From IMG/VR virus record IMGVR_UViG_3300025141_000065, positions 7,508 to 71,507 of that record: 64,000 nt of DNA; one strand, written 5' to 3'. Source of the DNA: a virus. Made by a program: the position numbers and the translations under genes. Shown piece by piece: positions 28,586 through 38,511 of this stretch. The notes under the pieces were generated by a model. The model saw nothing but the letters and a program-made list of their open reading frames with translations, was not told the origin of the DNA and searched no databases. Numbering within the stretch: the first letter of the stretch is position 1; each line of letters begins with the position of its first letter.

Positions 28586-29073
28586 ACATTAGGCCTGTAA
28601 GTTCTTAGAGCAACAACTCTTGAAACTGTATTATACGCGGTAGTATATGTATTTAATAAACCGGAAATCTTCTTAAGTTTAACTTGTGCATCTATGATCT
28701 CCTGTTTAGCAGCTAATATATCTGGGAATTTAGTTAAAATCTCACCCCTAAGCTCTTCTTTTGTGGGTTTTCGTATGGAAAGATCCTCATATATTTTAGC
28801 TATTTTAAAATGTGCTATACTATAATCTTCCACAAAAGAAGCTTCTAATGCTCCCATTACTGCTTCTTGGTCAGCTAATTCAGTTTCTATATAAGCTTTA
28901 TAACCCCCATACATAGTTAGAAAAGTTTCTAATTGTTTATTTTCAACATTCATTAAATTAGAAAAGTCTAAGTCATCCCTTTCAGACAAGTCCATGCTAA
29001 AACTGGGTATATTAAGAGCGTCTACCTCTTGTTTAGCATTCTCTAAAGATTTTGTCGGTGTCCAATCCTTCAT
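28582..29073 (-). CDS. helical protein, possibly UvsY-like recombination mediator
   Basis: Coiled-coil character and position in the recombination cluster only. Confidence 0.35.
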   Translation of the reverse strand: MKDWTPTKSLENAKQEVDALNIPSFSMDLSERDDLDFSNLMNVENKQLETFLTMYGGYKAYIETELADQEAVMGALEASFVEDYSIAHFKIAKIYEDLSIRKPTKEELRGEILTKFPDILAAKQEIIDAQVKLKKISGLLNTYTTAYNTVSRVVALRTYRPNV

Positions 29074-29088
29074 AATAAATTCTCCTGA

Positions 29089-29775
29089 TTATTTTAAATT
29101 AACTTTTTTACACGCACACCAAACCAATCCTGTACATCTGGTTGGTGGAACCCTCATATTTTGTATATTAAAACATCTGGTTAATATATCGTCCCATTGT
29201 TTTAAATCCCGCTTAACTAAAAAGGTTTTAATTTTTTGATTATCTTTGTTTTCATAAAAAACAGTTCCTATATCATAATGTCCTATATTAAGATACATCT
29301 GAAGTTGGGTTTTATGATCCTCTCTAGGACCGTTTAATTTACCAAAATAGTAATTGTTTATCGACTTTAATTCTACAGGAACTATCCCATGCTCTTTATG
29401 TTTAATAAGGAAATCTATTCTTCCTGACATTGGAGGGTTTTCATGTTTCACCTTCACCTCTTGACCCATTAGAATACCTAGTTCTTTAAACCAAACCTCA
29501 ACTCGTTTTTCTAAATAACTACCATTCTGGAATATACGATTTAATATAGGTTCTAATTTGGTTTCAGGCATCTGCCCGTTAAAGATCAACCATACCGCCC
29601 GATCACATTTATTACTTAATGTAGATGGGTGAAAAACGCCGCTTCTTGATGGTGTCATTGTGCTGGTTAAATACTCATCTAGTGCAGTGTTTAGCCACAC
29701 ATCTTCGGGTTGTATTTCTATTGTTCTGGGATTGTCTGGTCTTTTATCATCGTTAAATTTAATAATTCCCGGCAT
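29089..29775 (-). CDS. Cas4-like PD-(D/E)xK exonuclease
   Basis: HPS...C.R, GRID, ELKS, QLQMY and C-terminal Cys cluster. Confidence 0.8.
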   Translation of the reverse strand: MPGIIKFNDDKRPDNPRTIEIQPEDVWLNTALDEYLTSTMTPSRSGVFHPSTLSNKCDRAVWLIFNGQMPETKLEPILNRIFQNGSYLEKRVEVWFKELGILMGQEVKVKHENPPMSGRIDFLIKHKEHGIVPVELKSINNYYFGKLNGPREDHKTQLQMYLNIGHYDIGTVFYENKDNQKIKTFLVKRDLKQWDDILTRCFNIQNMRVPPTRCTGLVWCACKKVNLK

Positions 29776-30050
29776 AAAATTTCCTTTATAGCTTTCCTCG
29801 TATCCTCTTTAATGTGTAAAATATATTCCACATCATTATATTTTTGTAACTTTACATCTCTTTTTCGATCACGCTTTTTTAAATGTCCATATGTTCCGTC
29901 AGCTTCAACAACCATTCTGAGTTCTGGTATATAAAAATCTACCGTGTATGGGTAAAAATCATATTGTTCTGTATACCTAAGCCCTAAATCAGATAAACAC
30001 TCAGCAATTATATTCTCCTGCTTTGTAAAATCTCTAGGTAGTAAGCTCAC
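29718..30050 (-). CDS. DUF559/Vsr-like endonuclease
   Basis: EQ....YTVDFY....VVEADG.Y.H...RD.KRD; GTG start at 30050 after AAGGA inferred. Confidence 0.8.
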   Translation of the reverse strand: MSLLPRDFTKQENIIAECLSDLGLRYTEQYDFYPYTVDFYIPELRMVVEADGTYGHLKKRDRKRDVKLQKYNDVEYILHIKEDTRKAIKEILCRELLNLTMIKDQTIPEQ

Positions 30051-30972
30051 TTTGTAATTCCTTAAAAAGTTTCTTATTCTCAATAAAGAATTCTTTAACT
30101 CCATTTAAACCTTGTAATTTAATTTCATTATATGTATACCAAGGACCGGCTTGTTTAATCAGACGTTGTTTAATCGCTTCCCTAATATAACTTTCCATAA
30201 TGTCTATCCCACCCTCAACTCTAAAGGGAATGGTTGCCGAATTCCAGTTTTCACCCCCTGCTTTCGTTTTGCGTAACCTAATATCCATATCAAAACCCAC
30301 GTTCTGCTTACCTTCTTTTATCCAACCCTGTCTCCGAACTTGTATTAAGAAGTGGGCGAAGAAACTTTGTGCTAATCCTCCGGGCATGTTGTCTAAAGCT
30401 GTAGGACCAACGGAAGATCTGACTTGGTTTATAGCTACTAAGGCTGAACCATATTTAAGATTAGGTAATAATTTAGGTAAGGCACTATTTACAAATCTAG
30501 CCTGCCAAGCCATAGGATTATAACTAAACTCTTCATCTAATACTACGGTGGGTACTAAACCAGCTATGCTATCCAATACAATAATATCCACACCATCCAG
30601 CATTAACTCCCTAATCGTGCTAAAAGCCTCCTCTCCAGTAGTTGGTTGTAAAAATAGGAGGTTTTTTGTATCCACACCACATTTTTTAACCCACTTAGGG
30701 TCATAAGATAGTTCTGTATCAATCCATGCGGCTACCCCACCTTGCTTTTGAACATTAACAACAATTTGTGAGGCTAAGTATGATTTACCAACATTTGTAG
30801 GCCCATAAATTAAAGTAAATCTTTTCTTGGGTATACCACCACCAGTTAATTTATCCAAAGCTGGGATATTAAATGGAATCCTGTCATACTCTAACCCAGC
30901 ACTATCCCCTGATTGTAGATTTTTATGCTTTTTAAGTAGTTGTTTTATAACCTCAGATGCTGTTTTCTTCAT
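30034..30972 (-). CDS. recA: RecA/UvsX recombinase
   Basis: GGGIP, GPTNVGKS, WIDTE, IVLDSIAGL, QAR, INQVR, PGG. Confidence 0.92.
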   Translation of the reverse strand: MKKTASEVIKQLLKKHKNLQSGDSAGLEYDRIPFNIPALDKLTGGGIPKKRFTLIYGPTNVGKSYLASQIVVNVQKQGGVAAWIDTELSYDPKWVKKCGVDTKNLLFLQPTTGEEAFSTIRELMLDGVDIIVLDSIAGLVPTVVLDEEFSYNPMAWQARFVNSALPKLLPNLKYGSALVAINQVRSSVGPTALDNMPGGLAQSFFAHFLIQVRRQGWIKEGKQNVGFDMDIRLRKTKAGGENWNSATIPFRVEGGIDIMESYIREAIKQRLIKQAGPWYTYNEIKLQGLNGVKEFFIENKKLFKELQSELTT

Positions 30973-31190
30973 TCAGTATCCTCTTCGTCTTTACTATTAC
31001 TTTTATGATAAAGCTCGCTAAGTTTGGTTTTTATTAATTCTAAACTAGCGTCTATCACAGTATCCGCATCTGCTAACTGAGCTTCTAAAGATAACTCTGT
31101 ATCAATGTCTGATATTTCGACATCAATACGGCGATTTTCAAAATCCGCCATTTTTTGTGTAAACCCACCTTTAACTGAAATTAAAGACAT
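30969..31190 (-). CDS. hypothetical protein
   Basis: Start taken at MSLISV after a GGGGA RBS. Confidence 0.55.
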   Translation of the reverse strand: MSLISVKGGFTQKMADFENRRIDVEISDIDTELSLEAQLADADTVIDASLELIKTKLSELYHKSNSKDEEDTE

Positions 31191-31191
31191 A

Positions 31192-31497
31192 TTAATCCCC
31201 CATTGACTTGTTTTCTTGGAGTTCATTAGTGAAACTCCCTTTAGCTAACATTAAAGCAATTATACCATATCCAGCGATATCTATAAACGTATCTATAACT
31301 GATTCATTCTTTGGCTCGTAATCGTTTTTCCACATCAGGTTTTTTAATCTCGACACTTTATCCCATAATCTAACAACCAATCCCTTTTCCCTAAAAGCTA
31401 AAATGTTGTCATGACCATAATCATGTTGTTTGTTTATTACAACTTGTGCTATTTCTAATGCAGCTTCCCTGCAAGCTTCTTCATAACTTTGTTCCAT
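31192..31497 (-). CDS. DUF1599 / nucleotide-modification-associated all-alpha domain protein
   Basis: KQHDYG...VRLWDKVSRL.NL...ES..DT..DIAGY.I. Confidence 0.8.
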   Translation of the reverse strand: MEQSYEEACREAALEIAQVVINKQHDYGHDNILAFREKGLVVRLWDKVSRLKNLMWKNDYEPKNESVIDTFIDIAGYGIIALMLAKGSFTNELQENKSMGD

Positions 31498-31510
31498 AAT
31501 AATTCCTTCC

Positions 31511-33532
31511 TTAATCTGAATAATCTAAAAATGAAATATCTTTAAAATCTTTTTTATTAGCCCATGATTTAACGCATAACTCCATATCAACTTTTAAAGG
31601 GATATCTAAACTGTTTTGTTCAAGTAATTCTTTGATTCGCTTTGGAATTAAGCCTAATTCAGATTCATGTATCTCACATATAATCTCATCATGTACTTGT
31701 AAGACTATATTGGATCTCTTATCTTGTAAATAGTTAGAAATTTCTACCATTCTCTCACTAAGGATGTCAGCACTAGTTCCTTGTACAAGATAGTTAACTC
31801 CTTTATAAGCAAAATCTGCTTTTATATTATACCTACGATTATATCTATTTTTTATACCCTTTTTACTCTGTTTAACTCTAGCAACAACATCATTAAAAAA
31901 TTTTTTAGATCCAACCATACCCTCAAAATATTTTCTTTTATAACTTGCTGCTTCTTCTGGAGTTGTTTTTAACTGCTCTGCTAGTCTATTTTTGCCGATA
32001 CCATAAATTGTGCCAAAAGTGATACCTTTAGCTAGTTGTCGATAAAATTTAAACTGCTCATCATTTTCAGTAATGTTGAAGGCTAACTTAGCCGCCTCTC
32101 CATGAAAGTCCACCTCATCTTTGTTAAGTAAGGCATCTATAGTCTCATTTCTAAAGTAGGACATAAAAACTCGAACTTCCATTTGATTATAATCAAAACT
32201 AACTAATGAGTAATGTGGTCTAGGTACAAATAAACGTCTAATAGATATTTGATTTTCATCTTTATCATCATAAGATTCATCCCCAATAAATGCCCAAGTT
32301 TCTAGTACATCATCAGATAACTCTACATTAAGTTGTTGACCTTTTGATGAAACCATAGCGTCTATTTTGTTTTTTATTCTAAGTTTTTCTTCTTCAGTTA
32401 ACTCAGGACTAACTAAACGAAAATGGTTTCTAGGTATATTTTGTAAATTTGGATCTCTACTGGAAAGTCTCCCTGTTGCTGTACCCCAATTACAAAAAGA
32501 TGTTCGCATAACATCTTTATCTACATATCTATCTACATAAGTGGACTTTAATTTCTGTAACGCTCTGTATTGCCGTATTAACCCAGCTAAACGGTGATTT
32601 ATGTTTACTAAAGCCGCCTCATTCCAAGAAGCAGCCCCCTTTTCAGTCTTTATTGGTGATTCTATTCCCAAAGAGGCGAAAACTTCCCCGATTTGCTTTG
32701 GGCTAGACATATTAAATTCTTTTTCATCATGTTTGGGGGAAGCTATTGGAATATCACGATTCCATTTTTTCATACCGGATACGTTAAGTATTTCACGTTC
32801 AAGTTCATTTAAGCGTATTAGTAATAATTTTTGAATTTTTAAAGTGTATTCTTTATCAATTGAGATACCTAACATTTCCATTTCAAGTAATACTTTAGTT
32901 AGCTTACATTCTAAGTTAAATATGTTACTTTGATCCGTTTTCTTTATCTTTACTAAACACTCTTGGTATAATCTCGCGGTTAAATTAATATCCTCTTTAC
33001 AATATTCCCCCAAAAAATCTATTGGTGCTTCAGAAAAATTTTTGTGCCAGTTATTCTTACGTAACTCGTGTTTAGTATCAAGATCATACTGTACTGCTTC
33101 TGGACCATAACGCCTATTGCCTGTAGCTGTTAAACTTAACTCTCTAATGTCTGAGTGTTCAATTAGCCTAACCATCACAATTACATCAATTAAAGCTTTA
33201 TTAAGACAAGTTAACCCCTCTTGAGCTAAAAAATGTAAATCGAATTTAAGGTTATACCCAATAAAAGTGTTTATTGATGAATTTAAAAACTCGATCAGTT
33301 CTGTGCGATGTTCCTTATAAAGATTTTGATCTCTATCTTCACCGGAATGTAAAAAGGGGTAATACTGCATTACCCCCTTATATTTAGGCTCGCCAATTCC
33401 TATACCACACAACTGATTAATATCATAATCTAACCCATTAGTCTCCACATCAATAACAACGCTTTTGGTTTCCAAGGTTGACGACTTTAATTGTTGTAAT
33501 GCATCTTTAAAATTATTATTATTGACTATCAT
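31511..33532 (-). CDS. polA: family A DNA polymerase with 3'-5' exonuclease
   Basis: DVET, YNLKFD, YC.ED; TGRLSS.DPNLQNIP, DYNQMEVR, R..AK..TFG.IYG, VQGTSAD, QVHDE. Confidence 0.95.
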   Translation of the reverse strand: MIVNNNNFKDALQQLKSSTLETKSVVIDVETNGLDYDINQLCGIGIGEPKYKGVMQYYPFLHSGEDRDQNLYKEHRTELIEFLNSSINTFIGYNLKFDLHFLAQEGLTCLNKALIDVIVMVRLIEHSDIRELSLTATGNRRYGPEAVQYDLDTKHELRKNNWHKNFSEAPIDFLGEYCKEDINLTARLYQECLVKIKKTDQSNIFNLECKLTKVLLEMEMLGISIDKEYTLKIQKLLLIRLNELEREILNVSGMKKWNRDIPIASPKHDEKEFNMSSPKQIGEVFASLGIESPIKTEKGAASWNEAALVNINHRLAGLIRQYRALQKLKSTYVDRYVDKDVMRTSFCNWGTATGRLSSRDPNLQNIPRNHFRLVSPELTEEEKLRIKNKIDAMVSSKGQQLNVELSDDVLETWAFIGDESYDDKDENQISIRRLFVPRPHYSLVSFDYNQMEVRVFMSYFRNETIDALLNKDEVDFHGEAAKLAFNITENDEQFKFYRQLAKGITFGTIYGIGKNRLAEQLKTTPEEAASYKRKYFEGMVGSKKFFNDVVARVKQSKKGIKNRYNRRYNIKADFAYKGVNYLVQGTSADILSERMVEISNYLQDKRSNIVLQVHDEIICEIHESELGLIPKRIKELLEQNSLDIPLKVDMELCVKSWANKKDFKDISFLDYSD

Positions 33533-33557
33533 GATAAGTCTTAATACTTATCGTAAC

Positions 33558-35174
33558 TTAAAATAAATTCGAGGAGGCACTCCCACTAACTGATTCCTCT
33601 TTAGGAGATCCACCCCCCTGCGTTCTATAAAAATAATCTTTTATTGACTCTACAGTATTGGCCTTCTCTAAAACATCTTCAGGTATTTTATTATTAATTG
33701 CTGTAGGAGATATGAAATATCGAGTGTCTATACCTTTCCCCTCTCTAACCATTTTCATCACAACTTTATTTAAAGCTCCTGATTCATCACCAATTGGCGA
33801 AATCTGTTGTTTCCAATTTGAATTACTTGTAGTAATAATGCGTAAATCATTAACTTCTTCTTTAAAGATTTTCCTGCCGCCAGCTGTCTCCGCTTCCTCC
33901 CAAATACCTTGCTCTATCAATTCTTGGTGTGTACCATCTATAACTTTTCTATGCTCTAAACTATGGTGAATTTCATGTATATATATCCAAAATGAAATTT
34001 TAAATCTACTTCTTACATCTGCTGGTACAACACTATTGTCTATATCAGGATGATCCATTAACGAAGTCCATTGATTTGAGCCGGTTGACCACATGTACAT
34101 AAAATAACCATCTAACCAACGCTTTTCTACTTTACTTACTTCCGGTCTATCATCGCCAGAAGCTAACATTGTGAAAAATACTGCATCTCCCGGTTGAAAA
34201 TAGTATTCAACATACTCATTCGCAGTCTCTGAACTTTTCTTTGGTTTATGCTCTTCAAAAGTTACAATACCCATATCTGTTCTCCTTAAAAAACTTCTAT
34301 TTCTTATAATTAAATCTAACTCTTCTTTATTCCGAATTTCTTGAAAATCTTTATACTTATCTGGAAAGTCTACAAAGGATATCATGAATCTATCCTCAAA
34401 AGCAACGTCTAGTGTCTCGCCTTTAGTTTTTAATGCTCTTATTATCCCTTCTTGACCTGCCCTATCATTATCTAAACATAAAACTATTTCACTTGGATTT
34501 AAATTCCCTAATAAATCTATCTGATACTTCGACACAGAGGCCCCTAGAACCGCCACAGACGAATAATTATGCTGATCTAGCCATATAGTATCCAAAACAC
34601 CTTCTACGACCAGTATTGGGCTATTATCACGTAATTTATTTTCCCCAAATAAAACCTTAGATTTTTTAAACCCCGCAGTAAATAAATATTTGGGTATTTC
34701 TTCTCGCCTTCGCGTAATCCAACCCAATGGCGTTTTATTAGGTGATTGTACTGGAATAACAAAATCACCATATTTATTTTGCTTACATTCCCATTTAGCT
34801 AATGTTTCTTTTGTAAATCCTCTCTGATAAATCCAATGATCATCTGGGAGAGGAAGTAAACCAGCATAAGAAGTTTGTGGAAAAACATCCAACTCTTTTA
34901 CATTAGATTTATCATCAAAAAAACTTGTATATATTAAAGGGGTATCTAATTCATTTTTTAGTTGTTTTATTGCTTTGTGGGATATACCGCTAATTAAAGA
35001 GAATAAACTACCTTGTCCACACCCAGCATAACATATCCAAACACCCTTCTCTGTGTTAATTGAACAAGAAGCTCTTCTATCATAATGATTAGGAAGTGGA
35101 CAATTAATAACGAACTGTTCAGAAGTTGGTACTTCAACCCCATATTTTAATAATTGGGAATACCAATCTATCAC
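33558..35174 (-). CDS. DnaG-type primase (Zn finger + TOPRIM) in frame with a gp32-like ssDNA-binding protein
   Basis: CPLPNH...C..GC, VVEG..D, LDNDRAG, KD in residues 1-300; residues 301-538 begin at an ATG (34274) with AAGGAG RBS and contain R.GKGIDTRY and a C-terminal LF. Confidence 0.8.
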   Translation of the reverse strand: MIDWYSQLLKYGVEVPTSEQFVINCPLPNHYDRRASCSINTEKGVWICYAGCGQGSLFSLISGISHKAIKQLKNELDTPLIYTSFFDDKSNVKELDVFPQTSYAGLLPLPDDHWIYQRGFTKETLAKWECKQNKYGDFVIPVQSPNKTPLGWITRRREEIPKYLFTAGFKKSKVLFGENKLRDNSPILVVEGVLDTIWLDQHNYSSVAVLGASVSKYQIDLLGNLNPSEIVLCLDNDRAGQEGIIRALKTKGETLDVAFEDRFMISFVDFPDKYKDFQEIRNKEELDLIIRNRSFLRRTDMGIVTFEEHKPKKSSETANEYVEYYFQPGDAVFFTMLASGDDRPEVSKVEKRWLDGYFMYMWSTGSNQWTSLMDHPDIDNSVVPADVRSRFKISFWIYIHEIHHSLEHRKVIDGTHQELIEQGIWEEAETAGGRKIFKEEVNDLRIITTSNSNWKQQISPIGDESGALNKVVMKMVREGKGIDTRYFISPTAINNKIPEDVLEKANTVESIKDYFYRTQGGGSPKEESVSGSASSNLF

Positions 35175-35185
35175 TACTCAGCCTC

Positions 35186-35386
35186 TTAGTCCTTCCCACG
35201 TAAATAAACTAGAAGTTCATTCTCATACCCATCTTTATCTATTACTACAAGCTTCTGCTTTGGGTCAACTGCTTTCTTAATCATGCCTGCGGTAATATCT
35301 ATGAGGTGTTTATTTACGCCCCTACTTTTTAAAGTTGTAATAACGGTGTCATCATCATTACTATTAAATAAATTAAAAATACCCAT
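35186..35386 (-). CDS. hypothetical protein
   Basis: AAGGAG RBS between helicase and primase. Confidence 0.6.
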   Translation of the reverse strand: MGIFNLFNSNDDDTVITTLKSRGVNKHLIDITAGMIKKAVDPKQKLVVIDKDGYENELLVYLRGKD

Positions 35387-35401
35387 TTTAAACTCCTTAC
35401 T

Positions 35402-36649
35402 TTATATATTTAAATAATCGGGTCGTTCTTCAATGTTACCATTATCTACGTCCCAATGCATAACTGTCAAATCCTTCATTAATTCACCATCCCTATATTT
35501 CTGAAAACTAATACTTCTTTTATCGTCTTCTATTTCAGATAAGGTACACATTGATATAACTACATCAGCCGCTCTAAATAATGCATCACCAAAAGCTACT
35601 TGATTTGTTTTAGGGTGAGTAAATTCATCTACAACTTCTCTAGTTGCCTGTGTTGTAACCATAATAGGAATTTCCATAGAAATGGCTAAATTCTTTAAAC
35701 CATAAAATAATTCATGGGATTGTTCCCAAGCTTGTTTTTTAGAAGTTCCCGTATTTAATAAGTAAACACCATCTATTACTACAAACTCAGGTTTATTCTG
35801 CCTAATTAAATTAGATATATCTTCCAAAGTAATACTTATGTGTCCGGAAATACCATCACAAACTAATAATGATTTTTGATCTGCTTTAGATAGGAAGTCT
35901 ATATATTCAGCTTCATTAATCTTATCCCCCCTGCGTAAAGCACTATGTGATAAGTTATAGCCCATCATATTAGCTAAAACTACATCCAATCTCATATTCA
36001 TGGATTGAGTAGGCATTTCAGTGGATATTAATAACGTTTTAAAGCCCTCTCTGATCGCCATAGCGGCAGAATGAATGCACATCCATGTCTTACCTATAGT
36101 AGGCCTCGCAAAAACCGATATAAGCTCTCCCGGCATCCACCCAACTCCAACATCATTAAGTGATGTAAAACTAGTAGGTATACCCATTAAACCTGAAACA
36201 TTTTTATTACGTTTATCAACTCTATCTCTATATTCTTCTAACCGATCTAAACTACCGGAATTATACAGATCAAGATTTCTATCCATACCTACTCTTATGT
36301 TAGATAAGCTGGTTAAGATATTACTAAGGGCTTGTTTCGGATTTTCATTTATTATGGAGTCGACATCTCTAAAAGCTCGTATCGTTTGACGGCCTATTGA
36401 AGCTTCTTCAAATTGCTCTAAAGCAAACTCAAATTTTTGTGTTTTGCTACTTTCATCAAGTTCTGGGAACTCATTATGTAAAACTTCGACAGATGGGGGT
36501 GAGCCACACCTATCAACGTACTGAGCAATAAATTTATATTGTTTAGCATACAAGTGAAAATCTTGTACTGAAAACTTAAACTTATCAAAATTTTCTTTTT
36601 TAGTTAATTTAAAAAGTACCGCGGATTCTATAAATTCAGGGCTTGCCAT
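35402..36649 (-). CDS. dnaB: DnaB-like replicative helicase
   Basis: ARPTIGKT, ISTEM, VIDGVYL, TTQ, AD.V, KYRDG. Confidence 0.9.
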   Translation of the reverse strand: MASPEFIESAVLFKLTKKENFDKFKFSVQDFHLYAKQYKFIAQYVDRCGSPPSVEVLHNEFPELDESSKTQKFEFALEQFEEASIGRQTIRAFRDVDSIINENPKQALSNILTSLSNIRVGMDRNLDLYNSGSLDRLEEYRDRVDKRNKNVSGLMGIPTSFTSLNDVGVGWMPGELISVFARPTIGKTWMCIHSAAMAIREGFKTLLISTEMPTQSMNMRLDVVLANMMGYNLSHSALRRGDKINEAEYIDFLSKADQKSLLVCDGISGHISITLEDISNLIRQNKPEFVVIDGVYLLNTGTSKKQAWEQSHELFYGLKNLAISMEIPIMVTTQATREVVDEFTHPKTNQVAFGDALFRAADVVISMCTLSEIEDDKRSISFQKYRDGELMKDLTVMHWDVDNGNIEERPDYLNI

Positions 36650-36890
36650 GTGGTGAATTTCCTACTTTTGAGTATAAAACTCTATTAGAATTAATATTTT
36701 CTAAGTAATAGTCTACATTCACATCATCCAAACTGTCAATAATCTTCTTAGCTTCATTAAATGAATTATATTTTCCAACTACCCACACTTTAGAGGGATT
36801 TTCTATAGCTATAACCCTAAAAACATAATCCTCATCTTTAAGCGGCTTGGCACTTTGAATTAAACCTCCTTTTCTATGTCTCTTTACCAC
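36636..36890 (-). CDS. hypothetical protein
   Basis: GTG start with AAGGA RBS. Confidence 0.55.
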   Translation of the reverse strand: MVKRHRKGGLIQSAKPLKDEDYVFRVIAIENPSKVWVVGKYNSFNEAKKIIDSLDDVNVDYYLENINSNRVLYSKVGNSPHGKP

Positions 36891-36916
36891 TATATCTTTA
36901 ATCCTTCATCTACAAG

Positions 36917-37804
36917 TTAATATTCTTCAACTAAATCTGAAAATTTCTCTCTCAATGTTTGTCGAATTTTATACGCTGAATCACCTAAATCATTACTTAT
37001 CTCTTCCATAGTCATCCCCTCTTGGCGTAACTCAAGAAATTTAAGCTCTTTAACATCTAATTTTTTATTCTCAATAACACTTTCCATTTCAATCTGTTCA
37101 AAAAGATCTACACTTCTCATATCTTCTGGCTCGATGCCTTTAATTTCACGCTGTGCAGAATCATGTAAGGGGACAAGTTCATCTAAATTTATCTCGTTCA
37201 CATACTCCCCATCCGCACCCTGTTTTCTTTTCTTATCTTTACTTATTAATGTGTAGACCGTATTCTGCATAGCCCAATGTAAATAAGTATGGAATAATAC
37301 TTTCTTTTCTTCACCCTTCTCAGTTTTATATGTTCTATCAGGATTAAATAAATTTGCCGCTTTTATAATTGAATACCTTAATTCTTGCGCCATTCCGTCT
37401 TTATCTATACTTAATCTTTTAATAGCCCCTTGTACAAAATCTGTTTGTAAAAATTTATGAACTTTAGGTTCCCATAACATAATTAATAAATCAAGATAAG
37501 GAGACATAATTTCTAACCGCAGTTGAGCTTCTTTAACTAAAAGATCACGTTCCACTTCAGAAAAGTTTAATTTTTCTAAATCTTCTCTATCAATAGCTTC
37601 GTATTTTTTAATGAATTTACGTATTTGTTGACATTGTTCATAAATAGTTAATAAAATTTCTGTAAGTTCACGTTCTGTTTGTTTCTCATTAGTTGTTTTT
37701 ATACTGTTAGCAACTTTATATGTTTTAAGTAAATTGTATTTTTGTTTAACCTCCTGTATGGCTAAACTAAAATCAGTATTTATAAGGGGTATACTCTTTT
37801 CCAT
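36917..37804 (-). CDS. phage-encoded sigma70-family sigma factor
   Basis: Region 2 (D..QE....IIKAA..FNPDR...FHTYL.W...N) and region 4 (EGMTMEEIS..LG). Confidence 0.8.
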   Translation of the reverse strand: MEKSIPLINTDFSLAIQEVKQKYNLLKTYKVANSIKTTNEKQTERELTEILLTIYEQCQQIRKFIKKYEAIDREDLEKLNFSEVERDLLVKEAQLRLEIMSPYLDLLIMLWEPKVHKFLQTDFVQGAIKRLSIDKDGMAQELRYSIIKAANLFNPDRTYKTEKGEEKKVLFHTYLHWAMQNTVYTLISKDKKRKQGADGEYVNEINLDELVPLHDSAQREIKGIEPEDMRSVDLFEQIEMESVIENKKLDVKELKFLELRQEGMTMEEISNDLGDSAYKIRQTLREKFSDLVEEY

Positions 37805-38010
37805 TATCGTTGCTTGTTATTTAAGTATTTAACAAAAATAGAGATGGTAAAAGCCCACAATATAATACCAATTATTAAAAATCCTATGGGAACTACAGTA
37901 TATCTAGCTAAAACAGTCCAAACCATATCTTCGATAATATGGGCAAAAGATAATGATGTAAATAAAATCCAAAAACTTTTAGTTTTCAAGAAATTTAATG
38001 TGGTGATCAT
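37804..38010 (-). CDS. small membrane protein
   Basis: Two hydrophobic segments around H.IED. Confidence 0.55.
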   Translation of the reverse strand: MITTLNFLKTKSFWILFTSLSFAHIIEDMVWTVLARYTVVPIGFLIIGIILWAFTISIFVKYLNNKQR

Positions 38011-38088
38011 TTATATTCCCCTTTAAATAATATATGAACCCCAAGGGTTCATAAATATTTTACCAAACTTATGTTCTAATGTTAAGTG

Positions 38089-38511
38089 TTAAAATTTAGC
38101 TGTTCTAGTTTGTCCTGCTCTTTGGGCTTTGTCATAACATTGTCTAGTACAATACATATACTTTTTGTATCTTTTATCTTTATATCGCTGAATAATTTCA
38201 TTACGTTTTCGATAAAACGGAATTCTGCAGAAAGCGCAATTTACTTTAATGTTGTAATATTTGAATTTACATTTTTGTGAACATATACGTTTTATATAAC
38301 CCTTATGGTTTTCTATATAAGTTTTACAAACAAGACAATAACCAACTTTTCTTTTTTTTACTGCGACTGTGGTTATATTATTTGCTTTTAATACTTTATG
38401 GACATATTGTTTAGATACTTTAAATTGTTTACCAATTTGCTGTAACGTTAAGGTAGGCTTTTCCTGCCTATACAAAACAATGTCTTCGATTTTACTAGGC
38501 TTTTTCCTCAT
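38089..38511 (-). CDS. HTH plus zinc-finger protein, paralog of 185..931
   Basis: TLQQIGKQFKVSKQYVHKVL, CLVC, CSQKC, CAFC, YCTRQC. Confidence 0.7.
   Translation of the reverse strand: MRKKPSKIEDIVLYRQEKPTLTLQQIGKQFKVSKQYVHKVLKANNITTVAVKKRKVGYCLVCKTYIENHKGYIKRICSQKCKFKYYNIKVNCAFCRIPFYRKRNEIIQRYKDKRYKKYMYCTRQCYDKAQRAGQTRTAKF

Noticed and set aside
29089-29775. Cas4-like gene as a sign of a CRISPR system
   Set aside because: No repeat-spacer array or other cas gene; it sits in a RecA/RuvC recombination cluster as stand-alone phage Cas4-like nucleases do
32243-32428. Intein in PolA
   Set aside because: Too short and lacks a Cys/Ser start and His-Asn end
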